Origin: a bacterium
GTDB lineage: Bacteria > UBA10199 > 2-02-FULL-44-16 > JAAZCA01
Direction of reading: 5' to 3'
DNA: 64,000 bases
Assembly: GCA_963674695.2 (NCBI GenBank)
Contig: CAXXGI010000003.1
Location: 96,001-160,000, forward strand
In this document: positions 40,301-49,735 of the stretch, one piece after another
Layout: every line of letters starts with the position of its first letter
How positions within the stretch are numbered: the first letter of the stretch is position 1
Translations under genes and position numbers: made by a program
Notes under the pieces: model-generated
The model's database searches: none
What the model was told of the DNA's origin: nothing
The model's input: only the letters and a program-made list of their open reading frames with translations

Positions 40301-41077
40301 CGTGGTCTGCTTGTAGTGCAGAAAGTCGATGCCCGTCTCGTCGCGCAGCAGCGCCAGGATGTGCTGAAGAAAGACATGGTCCTCAGCGGTGAAGGAAGCG
40401 GGGCCGGCCATTCTCCGGCGCGCTTTCAGCGGTTGCCGTCCCAGTCGAATCAGTTCCTGCGCCATCTCCGCGGGAGAGAGCACCATGTCGATGCATCCGG
40501 AGGCGATGGCCTTGCGCGGCATGCCGTCGAACCGGGCGCCGGCCGGGTTCTGCGCCAGCGTGATGCCGCCACCATTCTTGATGGCCGCAACACCCTGGCT
40601 CCCATCCGAGGCCGTCCCCGACAGGACGATGCCGATGGCCCGCTCCCCCGCATCGGTGGCCAGCGCGGTGAAGAAGGCATCGATCGGCAGGTGTTGCGCA
40701 CTGCCCTTTGCGCGCGGACGCAGGATGAATGTTCCGTTCTTGATGCCGATGGTCCCCGCCGGCGGGATGACGTAGACGTGATCGGCCTGAATCGGCATGC
40801 CATCGGCAACACTCGCCACGGGCATGTCGGTGGTCTTGGCGATCAGCGCCGGCAGGATGCTCTCGTGATCGGGATCGAGGTGTTGGATCAAAACGAACGC
40901 CATGCCCGTCTTGGAGGGGAGTGCGGCAAAGAATTCCGAAAACGCCTCGAGCCCCCCGGCGGAGGCGCCGATGCCGATCACAAAGGAGGGCTTTATCTTG
41001 CCAGGGCTCTTCTTTTTTCGAACGGCCTTGGGTTGCTTCTTCGGTGTGCGACTGCGTTTCACGTTTCGCGGCGTCAT
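37304..41077 (-). CDS. CheB/CheR fusion protein with coiled coil, PAS domains and histidine kinase
   Basis: GASAGGLEA/QHL/DG (CheB); WVPGCSSGEE, DLISCRNVLIY (CheR); NEELQSTNEEL; AGVAHELNSPL; N box, DTGEG, PFFTTK, GLGL. Confidence 0.95.
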   Translation of the reverse strand: MTPRNVKRSRTPKKQPKAVRKKKSPGKIKPSFVIGIGASAGGLEAFSEFFAALPSKTGMAFVLIQHLDPDHESILPALIAKTTDMPVASVADGMPIQADHVYVIPPAGTIGIKNGTFILRPRAKGSAQHLPIDAFFTALATDAGERAIGIVLSGTASDGSQGVAAIKNGGGITLAQNPAGARFDGMPRKAIASGCIDMVLSPAEMAQELIRLGRQPLKARRRMAGPASFTAEDHVFLQHILALLRDETGIDFLHYKQTTLERRIHRRMLLQHMETLANYAAELRKNPDEMHHLVSDVLIGVTGFFRDRAVFTALARKAFGRIAEGAKRGEPIRVWVPGCSSGEEVFSLAICLSEYLHKRGIASPVQIFGTDVSEEAIEKARAGIFTTKAMQGVSPARRKRFFKPHDGGFKVCKEIREMCIFARQDMTRDPPFSQLDLISCRNVLIYLGKTLQHVVMPLFHYALKPGGFLLLGSAEVPSGFADLFQAVDHKHRLYSRGEGPSHARRPFFLPKRAPAGLPAKMIEQTLSPAFDLQRATDEHLVRRFVPACVVVDDRMEILQFRGRTGPYLDQPPGRPSMNLLKMARSELLPELHSAITAVRKKSRSARREGIRLKEEDGRTRSVALEVAPLKAPRSKDRYFIILFEEMPMAASDKTTAAVSSTRGRSSAERRECAQLKHELDATKTFLQSIIEEQNHSNEELITSNEEILSANEELQSTNEELETAKEELQSTNEEINTVNEELQNRNDELGQVNDVLDNLITSITIPIVMLGGDLRVRKITPATKNVLGLTSADIGRAFTQIRTPIDLPGLKKAIDGVLHTLTVFEQELQTGNKRWYRLQIRPYRTHDNRIDGVVLVFLDIDDIKRGQIALQRARDFAEGIIATVREPLLVLDAKLRVVSANKAFCTHFHQTKRKTEGQALVDLGDQEWKIPALLKHLKAIIAQGGGFESFEVARHFPGIGERMILLNARQLHQKDEETPLILLALEDITERWRAEVALEQKAHALEGAVKTTTAELHTTQEQLIQADKLAGIGRLAAGVAHELNSPLTGLTALLEARCDREVSGTPGTNEGTMMIEAVRYMASIVKGLSEFSRPSSFDCTTIDPLTLIDQALLLCRNRLRKTNIRVVKEIGTDLPSIEGDRNQLQQVCINIVNNACDAMPDGGTLTIRTKPLKKQKALRMECIDTGEGINPDTLPHIFDPFFTTKKASRGIGLGLSICHGIITAHKGTITVQSKAHKGTTVALTLPIRHNQKQTARR

Positions 41078-41176
41078 AAGAAATACATCCCCCTGAAATG
41101 ATATTTCTATTATTGCGCACTTGGTGGTGGGGGTAAATGGAAATAATGGCGATGCGAAAAGGAGCGATGTGTGGCT

Positions 41177-43636
41177 TTAGAACGCGATGGCGGCGGGGAG
41201 CATGACCGCTGCCCCCATCATGCCCATGTCGATCGGAATTTGGGGGAAGGCATCGCCCATGGTCAGGGCGTCGTTGATCTCGATGCCTGCGTATACGAGC
41301 GATGTCATTGCATTAGCGGCAAACGCGTCCTCGATCTGGGTCTGCGGCGCATTGAGAAATCCCGGCGGTGTGCCGCCGCCCGCCGGCGGCATCGAAGAAC
41401 CCGGAGTTGTCGGTGGTGCGGAGTTTCCGCCGCCGTTGCGATCGCCGCTCTTCTTGATGGCCATTTTCGCCTTCAGGATCGGGGTGATGTCGATGGCGAT
41501 CGCTCGCGACGGTGTCCCCGGAAAGTCCATCTGGGAAAGGATTTCAGCCATGGCGCTGGGCATCACGACCCCATCGCGCAGGTGTTCGTCGCGAAACGGG
41601 GCCTCCTTGAGGGCCTGGATCAGAGTGATGACAAATCGATTTTTGAAGAGCCCTTCGATCTTTTGGAACCAGTCTTCCTGCTGGAGTTCCTGTGTGATCT
41701 GCTTCCAGGTGGGATAGAGCCAATTGGCATCATCCTTGCTGAAGTCCTGCCCGAGTTGCAGATAGCCGATCAGCTCCGGAAGGAGGTTGAGCAGGGTATG
41801 GCTCATGTGGAGGCGCGCGGTCGCGGTGGGGTCGCTCTGCATACGGCGGAGCACCCCTTCCAAATCCGGATTTCCACGAACAAACGGCTCCAAGAGCTTG
41901 AGCATCGGAACCTCTTCGAATGGCGTCGTGTAGATGGCGCGCGTCACGGATTCCTGGAAGTGGCTCGCTATGATCAGGGCCGACTCAATGACGCTTTCCT
42001 CCTCGGCTTCGATGGGCTGCGCGCTGCGCAGAAACGATGCGTTCTCGTGATAGATGGTGTCGAAAAGACCATCGTCGTGATCCCTGTTTTTCCGTGCGCT
42101 GAGGCGAATGAGTTCGAAGAGCCAGTCCTGGAGCATCGTAAACCCTTGCGGGGTGAGTGCGGCGAGTTGGGATATCGCCATCGGCCTTTCGGGATCGGCC
42201 GAGAGGTCATGATAGAGCTTGCACAGGCGCGCGAGAGTTTTATCGCTGTCTTCCTCGGGCGGCCTCGCGGCCATCGTTCGCGCCAGATCGATCTGCTCGA
42301 GGAGCGATTGGCGTGCCTCCACATAGTGCATCGCCATCTGCATATCGATCGCGCTGGTGTAGATCGTCGGGATCTGACCGAACTGTCGGGCCTCCGGATC
42401 GGTGAACCAATCGACCATCAGCTGGCGGTTGAGAAATGTTGTCCACTGAGCTTCATGCAGGAGATCCTCGTCGTCGGCGATCCTTCTGCCGAAGGGTTCG
42501 CCCTCTGTGCGAATGCGTTCTGCCGCGGCCTGAACATCCGATTCGAAGGCTTCACGCGTCTGTGCATCGAGATGCGCGACAAAGATGGCGATCTGATTAC
42601 TCCAGTATCCGCGCATGTCATCGATGAAGGTCGGAGGAATGCCCTGATAGAGTTCGTCGCCGAGCACATCTTCCATGGAGATGCGTTGATTGAAGTGAGC
42701 GAGCATATTCTGAAAGGGGCGGATCGATGCGATGACCGACTCGGGCGTTCGATCGGCAAATCCTTCCATCGACCCTTCGCCATCGAGGGCCATCTCGTGG
42801 GCATAGTCGATATAGCGCCCAATCCATGCCGTCCAGAGCTCGCCTTCGATGAAACGGGGAATGAACGCCTCATCGATGTCGCTCTCGGAGGAGGAGGCGT
42901 CCGTCGCTTGGTTGATCTCATGGGCGAGGCGTTTCTCCATCTCGGTGGCCCCCTCCCACCAGATCTCCGCCTGCCAGGCGATGGCTGCTTCAACGAGCGC
43001 TTCATCCTGCACCAAATCATCCGATTCGAAGGGGAATCCTGAGTCCGCGAGCGATTCGTATGAATCGGTGACAAGATTATCGAATTCGTCGAGGTCCTCT
43101 CCCTCGAGTTCATTGTGCATCGCCTCGGCCATGTCGGCCATGAAGGAGGAAAAATTAGTCAGGATTTCGTCGTTGATGTCGTCGCCCTCGAGCACGTCGG
43201 GATAGCGTTCGCCGTCGGCGATGCGGGTGCGCAAGCGATCGAGTCCCGGCAGGAGCGCGAGGTAGTATTCCTGTTCGTCGGCGGCGATGTCTTCGTCAGA
43301 GGCAGGATGCTCCCCCATCCAGACGATATCGACCGGTCCCTGTAGACGCGCCGCCAGGGGATGGCTCCACCCGGAAGGGGCGTCGACGATGATGCCGAGT
43401 TGAAGCCGCAGCGCATCGAGGAGGGAATGCCGCCCCGGGTCGAAGGCCTCGTAGAAGTCGGTAAAGAAGGTGACGCCGGCGCGCAGGATGGGGTCGTCGG
43501 GGTTATCCTGTGTGGCGCGGTCGAGTGCTGTAATCGCATCCATCGGGACGTCGAGGCGAACGCTCGCTCCTAAAAAAAATGCGGAAAAGCGTTGGCGAAA
43601 TTGATGGAGGAGATGCAGGGGAATCGGTTTGGTCAT
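41177..43636 (-). CDS. Large acidic hypothetical protein (819 aa) with Pro/Gly linker and hydrophobic C-terminal tail
   Basis: D/E-rich, apparently helical; ends GGNSAPPTTPG...MGMMGAAVMLPAAIAF. Confidence 0.8.
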   Translation of the reverse strand: MTKPIPLHLLHQFRQRFSAFFLGASVRLDVPMDAITALDRATQDNPDDPILRAGVTFFTDFYEAFDPGRHSLLDALRLQLGIIVDAPSGWSHPLAARLQGPVDIVWMGEHPASDEDIAADEQEYYLALLPGLDRLRTRIADGERYPDVLEGDDINDEILTNFSSFMADMAEAMHNELEGEDLDEFDNLVTDSYESLADSGFPFESDDLVQDEALVEAAIAWQAEIWWEGATEMEKRLAHEINQATDASSSESDIDEAFIPRFIEGELWTAWIGRYIDYAHEMALDGEGSMEGFADRTPESVIASIRPFQNMLAHFNQRISMEDVLGDELYQGIPPTFIDDMRGYWSNQIAIFVAHLDAQTREAFESDVQAAAERIRTEGEPFGRRIADDEDLLHEAQWTTFLNRQLMVDWFTDPEARQFGQIPTIYTSAIDMQMAMHYVEARQSLLEQIDLARTMAARPPEEDSDKTLARLCKLYHDLSADPERPMAISQLAALTPQGFTMLQDWLFELIRLSARKNRDHDDGLFDTIYHENASFLRSAQPIEAEEESVIESALIIASHFQESVTRAIYTTPFEEVPMLKLLEPFVRGNPDLEGVLRRMQSDPTATARLHMSHTLLNLLPELIGYLQLGQDFSKDDANWLYPTWKQITQELQQEDWFQKIEGLFKNRFVITLIQALKEAPFRDEHLRDGVVMPSAMAEILSQMDFPGTPSRAIAIDITPILKAKMAIKKSGDRNGGGNSAPPTTPGSSMPPAGGGTPPGFLNAPQTQIEDAFAANAMTSLVYAGIEINDALTMGDAFPQIPIDMGMMGAAVMLPAAIAF

Positions 43637-43644
43637 GATCGGGG

Positions 43645-43671
43645 ATATCGGCGGTTGGACGAAAAGGTTGC
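43645..43671 (-). promoter_or_regulatory. Putative sigma28-like promoter
   Basis: Minus strand GCAACCTTT-N10-GCCGATAT, 8 nt upstream of ATG 43636. Confidence 0.65.
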
Positions 43672-43730
43672 GTGGTTTTTTGTGCGGAATTGTTACTGTA
43701 AGTGGCCGATATAAAAGGTATTTTCGAGTT

Positions 43731-43797
43731 TTGTCATTCCCGAGCGATTAAATCGGGAATCTCGATGGTCATGATGTGTCTGGATCTCGCAGATGAC
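43731..43797. repeat. Degenerate REP-like element
   Basis: TTGTCATTCCCGA...TCGGGAATCTCGATG. Confidence 0.6.
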
Positions 43798-43815
43798 CGG
43801 CAAGAAACCAGCCTA

Positions 43816-44139
43816 TCAGCTTCCGCTGGCATTCTCCCACGAGACGAAGCGCCAGCCAAAAGAACCCTTTTCGAGTGTGGCGAAGATGCGCTGCACGGTT
43901 CCATCATCAAGGGTTAAGAAGGCATCGACCGAGACCAGGTGCTTATGAATCTCCTGCTGGCCGGTGACATCGACCTCGTTCACCGTGGAGGACCCGTAGA
44001 TCGTTTCGGGGTATTTCTTGCCGTATTTCTTGAAGTATTTCTGGATGAGTTTCGTGCTGCGCTGTTCGCTCGGCTGCCGGGCGCAGGCGGTGACACCGAA
44101 GAGGACGAGGATCAGGGCGATGGCGAAGAGGCGTTTCAT
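43816..44139 (-). CDS. Small lipoprotein, hypothetical
   Basis: MKRLFAIALILVLFGVTAC lipobox. Confidence 0.75.
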   Translation of the reverse strand: MKRLFAIALILVLFGVTACARQPSEQRSTKLIQKYFKKYGKKYPETIYGSSTVNEVDVTGQQEIHKHLVSVDAFLTLDDGTVQRIFATLEKGSFGWRFVSWENASGS

Positions 44140-44232
44140 ATGGGCGAAGTCGCTAACATGGCGATAGGGTGAGCGCAAGGGTCTTTGTGGGGGTGTTCGG
44201 GGGGGCTAGGGCGTGTCGGGATCCTTGGTTTT

Positions 44233-44346
44233 TGTCATCCCCTTGGTTTTTGTCATCCCCGCGAAGGCGGGGATCTCGATTGACCATTATAAGCGAGATT
44301 CCCCCGCCACACAATCGGCGGGCAGGCTGCGTTCGCGGGAATGACA
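44233..44346. repeat. REP-like doublet with partial duplication and inserted mini-hairpin
   Basis: TGTCATCCCCGCGAAGGCGGGGATCTCG...GCGGGAATGACA. Confidence 0.8.
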
Positions 44347-44368
44347 CCCTCTGAAATGACGACATGTC

Positions 44369-46135
44369 TTACTCAAACGGGATCTTGATCACCTGTCCGC
44401 GACGCGGACGGCGGCCCACGCCGGGGTTGGCCGAGCGAATCTGGTCGACCTCCACCCGATACATCTGGGCGATGGAGAAGATCGTTTCATTGCGCCCGAC
44501 CTTGTGGGTGAGTGCACCGCGTGTGCTCTTCGGCGCACGCGAGGCCGCGGCCGCGAAGAGCGTTCCCTTGCCCTTCGGAACGCGAAGCGGATAGCCGATG
44601 GGGACCAGTTGCTTTCCCTCGATCACCGAGGCGCGCAGGCTCAAGTTGAGCTCGATGATCTCCTCCATCGGGATGCGGGCGATGCGGGCGACGTCCGGCA
44701 GGGAGATGTGATAGTCCAGGCGCGTCAGGTCGTAGCGAAGGGGCTCGTCGTAGGCAATCGGGCCGAAGTGTTCTTGGGTGTGCTCGGCCACATCGAGCGC
44801 GGCGAGGAATTCGGGAACGAAGTTGCGCGAGGCAAAGCCGTAGCTGCGGTGTTCGAAGTTCTTGATGATGTGCGCGATGTCGTTCGTGCCGTGGCGTTTG
44901 ACCGCCTGCTGCATGCGGCCGCGCCCGGTGTTATAGGCGTTGAGCGCTAAGGGCCAGGTGCCCAGCTCGTTTTCGTTGTGGCGCAAGAGCTTTGCCGCTC
45001 CGTGCGTCGCGGCGATCGGGTCATAGCGTTCATCGACCAAGGTGTTGATATTGAGATACAGCTTTCCGGTTGAACGCATGAACTGCCACAACCCCGTCGC
45101 GCCCACCGAGCTTCCCGCCCGCGGGTTGAACATCGATTCCACGAAGATGAGCCGGGTGAGTTCGCGGGGGAGTCCATACTCCTCGGTGAAGATGCGCTCG
45201 ATCTCGCCGAGCCACTGTCCGGAATAGATGAGCCCGGCGATGAATTTATCGCGTTGCCCGTATTGCGCACGCACACCGTCGTCGAGCGCGGCGCGCCGAA
45301 AGGCGTTTTTTTCATGCACGTTGGTGAAGAGCTTGCGGATGCGCCATTCCTCCTCGGTGAGCGATGAGGCCGACGGACGTTTCGAGAGCTTCATCAGCGT
45401 TTCGCTGACTTCGTCGCGGCGCTCATCGAGGCGTTTTTTTCGCCGGTGCGATTTCTCCAGATCGGTGAGCCGCACATCCCGCGTGATGTCGCTCACATCG
45501 ACCACGTCATAGACGATATCGAGATAGCGCGGGTGGTGCAGCACGATGTGATCGTTGTCGTACGTCCCGTAGATGTCGCGCCAGAAATTGACCTCGGCGG
45601 TCAGCGTGTCAGGCGGAAAGATCCACGCCTTGTGTCGGCGGCTGCTGTTGCTGTCGAGTGCGCTGGGCTCACCCCGTGCCAGGCTCGAGACGGGGTGGAC
45701 CACATGCGTGATGGCATGATCGCCGACCAGAAGCGTGTCGTCGCCGAGGAGTTCGCGCGCGAGCGCATCGTCGGCGTTGGCGTCATCCGATTCCAGTGCT
45801 GCGGTCTCCTCGTTCGGCATGCGGTCCGCGTCGGATTGATCGCCGGAACGGTGTCCGGCCCAGGCCAACTCATCCGGCTTCACACCCTTGGGGATAAATT
45901 GGGCGATGGTTCCGCTATGTGCAGGAAGGGGAGCTGTTTTTTGTGTCTCCTCCGGTTCCTCCGTGGGGAGGATGGCCGAGAGCCGCGGAGGTTGGGGAAG
46001 TTTCGGGTCGATCGCCTCCGGGCTTAACCCGGCGATGCGTCCCGGCAGCACGATCAGGGCGAAGCAGATAAACCCCGCCGCCAGACAGACCACGAGCAGG
46101 GCGTTGATGATGCGCTGTTCACGCGATCCGGTCAT
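44369..46135 (-). CDS. Membrane-anchored lytic transglycosylase (MltD-like) with LysM domain
   Basis: FVESMFNPRAGSSVGATGLWQFM, DERYDP, WPLALNAYNTG, C-terminal LysM HKVGRNETIFSIAQMY. Confidence 0.92.
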   Translation of the reverse strand: MTGSREQRIINALLVVCLAAGFICFALIVLPGRIAGLSPEAIDPKLPQPPRLSAILPTEEPEETQKTAPLPAHSGTIAQFIPKGVKPDELAWAGHRSGDQSDADRMPNEETAALESDDANADDALARELLGDDTLLVGDHAITHVVHPVSSLARGEPSALDSNSSRRHKAWIFPPDTLTAEVNFWRDIYGTYDNDHIVLHHPRYLDIVYDVVDVSDITRDVRLTDLEKSHRRKKRLDERRDEVSETLMKLSKRPSASSLTEEEWRIRKLFTNVHEKNAFRRAALDDGVRAQYGQRDKFIAGLIYSGQWLGEIERIFTEEYGLPRELTRLIFVESMFNPRAGSSVGATGLWQFMRSTGKLYLNINTLVDERYDPIAATHGAAKLLRHNENELGTWPLALNAYNTGRGRMQQAVKRHGTNDIAHIIKNFEHRSYGFASRNFVPEFLAALDVAEHTQEHFGPIAYDEPLRYDLTRLDYHISLPDVARIARIPMEEIIELNLSLRASVIEGKQLVPIGYPLRVPKGKGTLFAAAASRAPKSTRGALTHKVGRNETIFSIAQMYRVEVDQIRSANPGVGRRPRRGQVIKIPFE

Positions 46136-46150
46136 GAAAATCCTTTATTC

Positions 46151-46240
46151 GTTGTCATTCTGGGGGAAGCGAAGAATCCCCCGTTGTTCTGTTGTCATTC
46201 CCGGCCCTGTTGTCATTCCCGCGGAAGCGGGAATGACAAC
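46151..46240. repeat. REP-like cluster
   Basis: Three TTGTCATTC starts and palindrome GTTGTCATTCCCGCGGAAGCGGGAATGACAAC. Confidence 0.75.
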
Positions 46241-46260
46241 AAAAACCCATTACCCGACAA

Positions 46261-47673
46261 TCACTCGTTACGGTATTCCGTGATCGCACGCACGACCTCG
46301 AGCTGCGCGCGATGGGCGCCATCGACTCCGCGCGGCAGGCCGTTGGCGAGGATCGCAAACGCGGCGATCCTTCCATCGGCCATGGGGGCAAACCCCGCCA
46401 GCGTCGACACGCCGCCGAGCGTCCCGGTCTTGGCGCGCACCATGCCGGAGAGCTTCGGCGCGAAGGTCCAACGGCGCGTGGTGCCGTCCACGCCCACGAT
46501 CGCCAGCGATGCGGCGAGATCCGGGCCGATGCTGAAGTCGCGCCAAGCGGAGACGAGGACTTTTGTGAGCAGATTCGCCGAGACGCGCGTCTGGTCGGAG
46601 AGCCCCGAGCCGTTCTCGATGACGTAACTTCCGGGGGCCACGCCGATGCTGCGCAGATAGGAGGCGATGACCTCGACCCCCTTGCGCGTCGAGCCGGGCG
46701 CGCCCATGCGCACCGCGCCCAGGTGTTTGAGCACCTGTTCGGCGATGAAGTTGTTGGAGTACTTATTCATATTGCGAATGATCTCCGCGAGCGGATCGGA
46801 GGATTCATCGAGCAGCAGCACGCCGCCGGAGCGACGTCCTTCCGAGATGGGTCCGGAGACCTCGATGCCGTTCTGCCGGAGGATGAAGCGCAGCACCGCG
46901 CTCGCATAGGCGTTCGGCGTGGTCACGCTGCGGTAGAATCGTTTCGGTGCATGTCGCGGCGGGATGCGCCCCTTGACGGTGAGCGTTTCCCCCGTGCCAT
47001 TTTTCTTCGAGACAATCTGGATGCCGAACTTGCCGCCGGTCTTGAGCGCATTGATCACGTGAACGTAATCGACAGGCGGATCGATGGTCACGATGCCGGG
47101 CTGGCCCGAACGCGATCCGGGGCTGACCTCGACGGAAATGCCGTTGAAGTTGACCGCAAATGCCCCGGTCTGGGCGGAGTAGGCGCGGCTATCTGCACCC
47201 GCCTTGCGCGGGTAGGCGTGCGCGTCGAAGTGTCCCTCGTCGATGATGACGCCCCGGGTGATGCGGCGCACGCCTCGGTCGGCCAGATTGCGCACCATGC
47301 GCCAGAGGCGCTCGGAGGTGAGCATCGGGTCACCGCCGCCCACGACGGTGAGCGTGCCGATGGCGCCGTCGTCGCCGGGTTCGCGGTCGGCGTAGAACTT
47401 CGTGTGGAAGCGGTAGTCGGGGCCCAAGTTTGCGAGCGCCGCTGTCGCGGTGATGAGTTTGGCGCAACTGGCGGGGTTGAGCGTGAGATCCGCGTTGTGG
47501 CGCGCGATGATCTGCCCGGTTTCGGCATCGGCCACGACGATCGAGGTGCGCTCGGCATTGAACCCCGGGTGCTTCAGCGCGCGTTCGAGCGCGACGCCGG
47601 CTTCCAGTGGGGGCGCCATGGTGGTGATGACGGCGGCGATGAACAGGGCGAAAAACGTGGAAGTGTTTGACAT
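46261..47673 (-). CDS. dacB: D-alanyl-D-alanine carboxypeptidase/endopeptidase (PBP4, peptidase S13)
   Basis: PASCAKL (SxxK), GGGDP, KYSNNFIAE (SxN), NGSGLS, AKTGTL (KTG); signal peptide. Confidence 0.95.
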   Translation of the reverse strand: MSNTSTFFALFIAAVITTMAPPLEAGVALERALKHPGFNAERTSIVVADAETGQIIARHNADLTLNPASCAKLITATAALANLGPDYRFHTKFYADREPGDDGAIGTLTVVGGGDPMLTSERLWRMVRNLADRGVRRITRGVIIDEGHFDAHAYPRKAGADSRAYSAQTGAFAVNFNGISVEVSPGSRSGQPGIVTIDPPVDYVHVINALKTGGKFGIQIVSKKNGTGETLTVKGRIPPRHAPKRFYRSVTTPNAYASAVLRFILRQNGIEVSGPISEGRRSGGVLLLDESSDPLAEIIRNMNKYSNNFIAEQVLKHLGAVRMGAPGSTRKGVEVIASYLRSIGVAPGSYVIENGSGLSDQTRVSANLLTKVLVSAWRDFSIGPDLAASLAIVGVDGTTRRWTFAPKLSGMVRAKTGTLGGVSTLAGFAPMADGRIAAFAILANGLPRGVDGAHRAQLEVVRAITEYRNE

Positions 47674-47716
47674 AGCTAGAGATTCTTTATACTTCGGGTT
47701 GTCGAGTATTCCTCGA

Positions 47717-47802
47717 TTGTCATCCCGACCGGAGTGGAGGGATCCCTTGTAAACGTGAGATTCCTCCACTTACTCGCGTTGCTCGCTCGGTCGGAATGAC
47801 AA
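47717..47802. repeat. REP-like element, GTCATCCCGACCGGAG subtype
   Basis: TTGTCATCCCGACCG...CGGTCGGAATGACAA inverted ends. Confidence 0.75.
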
Positions 47803-47879
47803 AGGGCGGCCAAATGATCTGTTTCCAGAGGGCTCAACTGTTGCAGGTATTCTAATGAAAAGCGTACGTGGGGGCAAGG

Positions 47880-49457
47880 ATGATTGAGCAGTTTCGTGGG
47901 CATTGGCGCCGGACGGCGTTTGCAGGGGTTTTCATCGCGCTGTTTGTCGGCGCATCGCTGTTTTCGGCGAGCCTGGGTTGTTCCCGCAAGAAGGATGCCT
48001 CGCGCGACACGCTGCGCGTGGCCCTGCCCGCCGGTCCCGTCACGCTCGATCCGCGGCTGGCCGCCGATGCCGTGGGCGACAAGATCTCCTCCCTCATCTG
48101 CGATGGCCTCTACCGCAAGAACGATGCCCTCGAGATGGTGCCGCACCTGGCCGAGCGCGTGGAGACCCTCTCCGATACCAGCTTTCGCTTTCACCTGCGC
48201 CCGAACGTCACCTTTCACAACGGCGAAAAACTCACCGCCGAGGATGTCGTCTATACCTACACGACCATCATGGATGGCACGGTCGCCTCTCCCTATCGCA
48301 GCGGCTTCGAACGCATCGCGAAGGTCGAGGCCGAAGCGCCGCTCGTCGTGCGCCTGGATCTCAAGGAGCCGTATGCGCCGCTCTTCACCATGCTCGGGCG
48401 CGGCATCGTGTCGAAGAAGGCCGCCGAGCAGATGGGCGATGCCTTTGCCACGGCGCCCATCGGCACCGGACCCTATCGCTTCGTGCGATTCGTTACCGAC
48501 TCGGTCGTGGAACTCGCGGCCAATCCCACTTCCTTCAGCGGTGTGCCCAAAACGCCCAAGCTCCTCTTCGATATCCTCAAGGATGATAACATCCGCGTTT
48601 TGAAACTCATCAAGGGGGATGTCGACCTGGCGCAGAACGCCGTGCCGCCGGCACTCGTGGCCGAGGTGACATCGAAGCCGCATCTCAAGATGAAGACGGA
48701 TCCGAGCATCATCGTCACCTACCTGGGGCTCAACCTGACCGACCCGGTTCTCAAGAAGAAGGGCGTGCGGCAGGCGCTCGCACTCGCCATCGATCGCGAC
48801 GAAATCATCGCGCACCAGTGGAAGGGGTTTGCCTCCAAGGCCAACTCGATCCTCGCCCCCGAGAACTGGGCGTATGACAAGAGCCTCGGTCAGTATGACT
48901 ATGATCCCAAGCGGGCGGCGGCCCTCCTGGACAAGGCGGGTTTTCCCGATCCGGACGGGGCCGGCCCCAAGACGCGCTTCGACCTGGTCTATAAGACGAG
49001 CACGGCCAAAGAGCGCGTCGCCATCGCGCAGATGATCGCGCATCAGTTGGCCAAGGTCGGCATCGGTGTGCGCGTGGAGCCCTATGAGTGGGGCACCTTC
49101 TTTCGCGACATCAAGCGCGGGAACTTTCAGGTCTATTCGCTCTCCTGGGTCGGCGTGACCGAGCCGGACATCTTCTACGACATCGCGCATTCCTCGCAGA
49201 TGCCGCCCGATGGCCTCAACCGCGATCGCTATGTCAATGCCGACATCGATCGCCAGGTTTCGGCCGCGCGCGTCGAACTCGATCCGGACAAACGCCGCGC
49301 ACTCTATGCGAAGGTGCAGAGAATTCTCTTCGACGAGCTACCCTTTATTCCGCTCTGGTATGAAAACAACATCGTCCTCTTCAACGATGCGCTCGAAAAT
49401 GTGCGCCTGCGCGCCGACGCGAGCTTCGAACCGCTCGTGGAAGTCGTGAAGAAATAA
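47880..49457 (+). CDS. Peptide ABC transporter substrate-binding lipoprotein (OppA/DppA family)
   Basis: Lipobox SLGC, TLDP, FHNGEKLTAEDVVYT, PIGTGPYRF, VRQALALAIDR. Confidence 0.93.
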   Translation: MIEQFRGHWRRTAFAGVFIALFVGASLFSASLGCSRKKDASRDTLRVALPAGPVTLDPRLAADAVGDKISSLICDGLYRKNDALEMVPHLAERVETLSDTSFRFHLRPNVTFHNGEKLTAEDVVYTYTTIMDGTVASPYRSGFERIAKVEAEAPLVVRLDLKEPYAPLFTMLGRGIVSKKAAEQMGDAFATAPIGTGPYRFVRFVTDSVVELAANPTSFSGVPKTPKLLFDILKDDNIRVLKLIKGDVDLAQNAVPPALVAEVTSKPHLKMKTDPSIIVTYLGLNLTDPVLKKKGVRQALALAIDRDEIIAHQWKGFASKANSILAPENWAYDKSLGQYDYDPKRAAALLDKAGFPDPDGAGPKTRFDLVYKTSTAKERVAIAQMIAHQLAKVGIGVRVEPYEWGTFFRDIKRGNFQVYSLSWVGVTEPDIFYDIAHSSQMPPDGLNRDRYVNADIDRQVSAARVELDPDKRRALYAKVQRILFDELPFIPLWYENNIVLFNDALENVRLRADASFEPLVEVVKK

Positions 49458-49464
49458 CGAGGGG

Positions 49465-49700
49465 CTGTCATCCCCGTGAAAACGGGGATCTCGATGGACT
49501 TGGCTCTGTCATCCCCGTGAAAACGGGGATCTCGATGGACTTGGCTCTGTCATCCCCGTGAAAACGGGGATCTCGATGGACTTGGCACTGTCATCCCCGT
49601 GAAAACGGGGATCTCGATGGACTTGGCTCTGTCATCCCCGTGAAAACGGGGATCTCGATGTACCGTGAGAATCGAGATTTCCGCCTTCGCGGGAATGACA
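49465..49700. repeat. Five tandem 41-bp REP half-units followed by one inverted half-unit
   Basis: Unit CTGTCATCCCCGTGAAAACGGGGATCTCGATGGACTTGGCT at 49465, 49506, 49547, 49588 and 49629 (last one partial). Confidence 0.92.
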
Positions 49701-49735
49701 AAAACAGAAAGTACAAGTTACGAGTTACGGCCTTT

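Noticed and set aside
43705-43712. Plus-strand GCCGATAT
   Set aside because: No matching -35 box and no credible downstream plus-strand gene
49465-49700. CRISPR-like array of regularly spaced palindromic repeats
   Set aside because: Intervening sequences are ~10 bp and essentially identical, units belong to the REP family, and no cas genes are in the window
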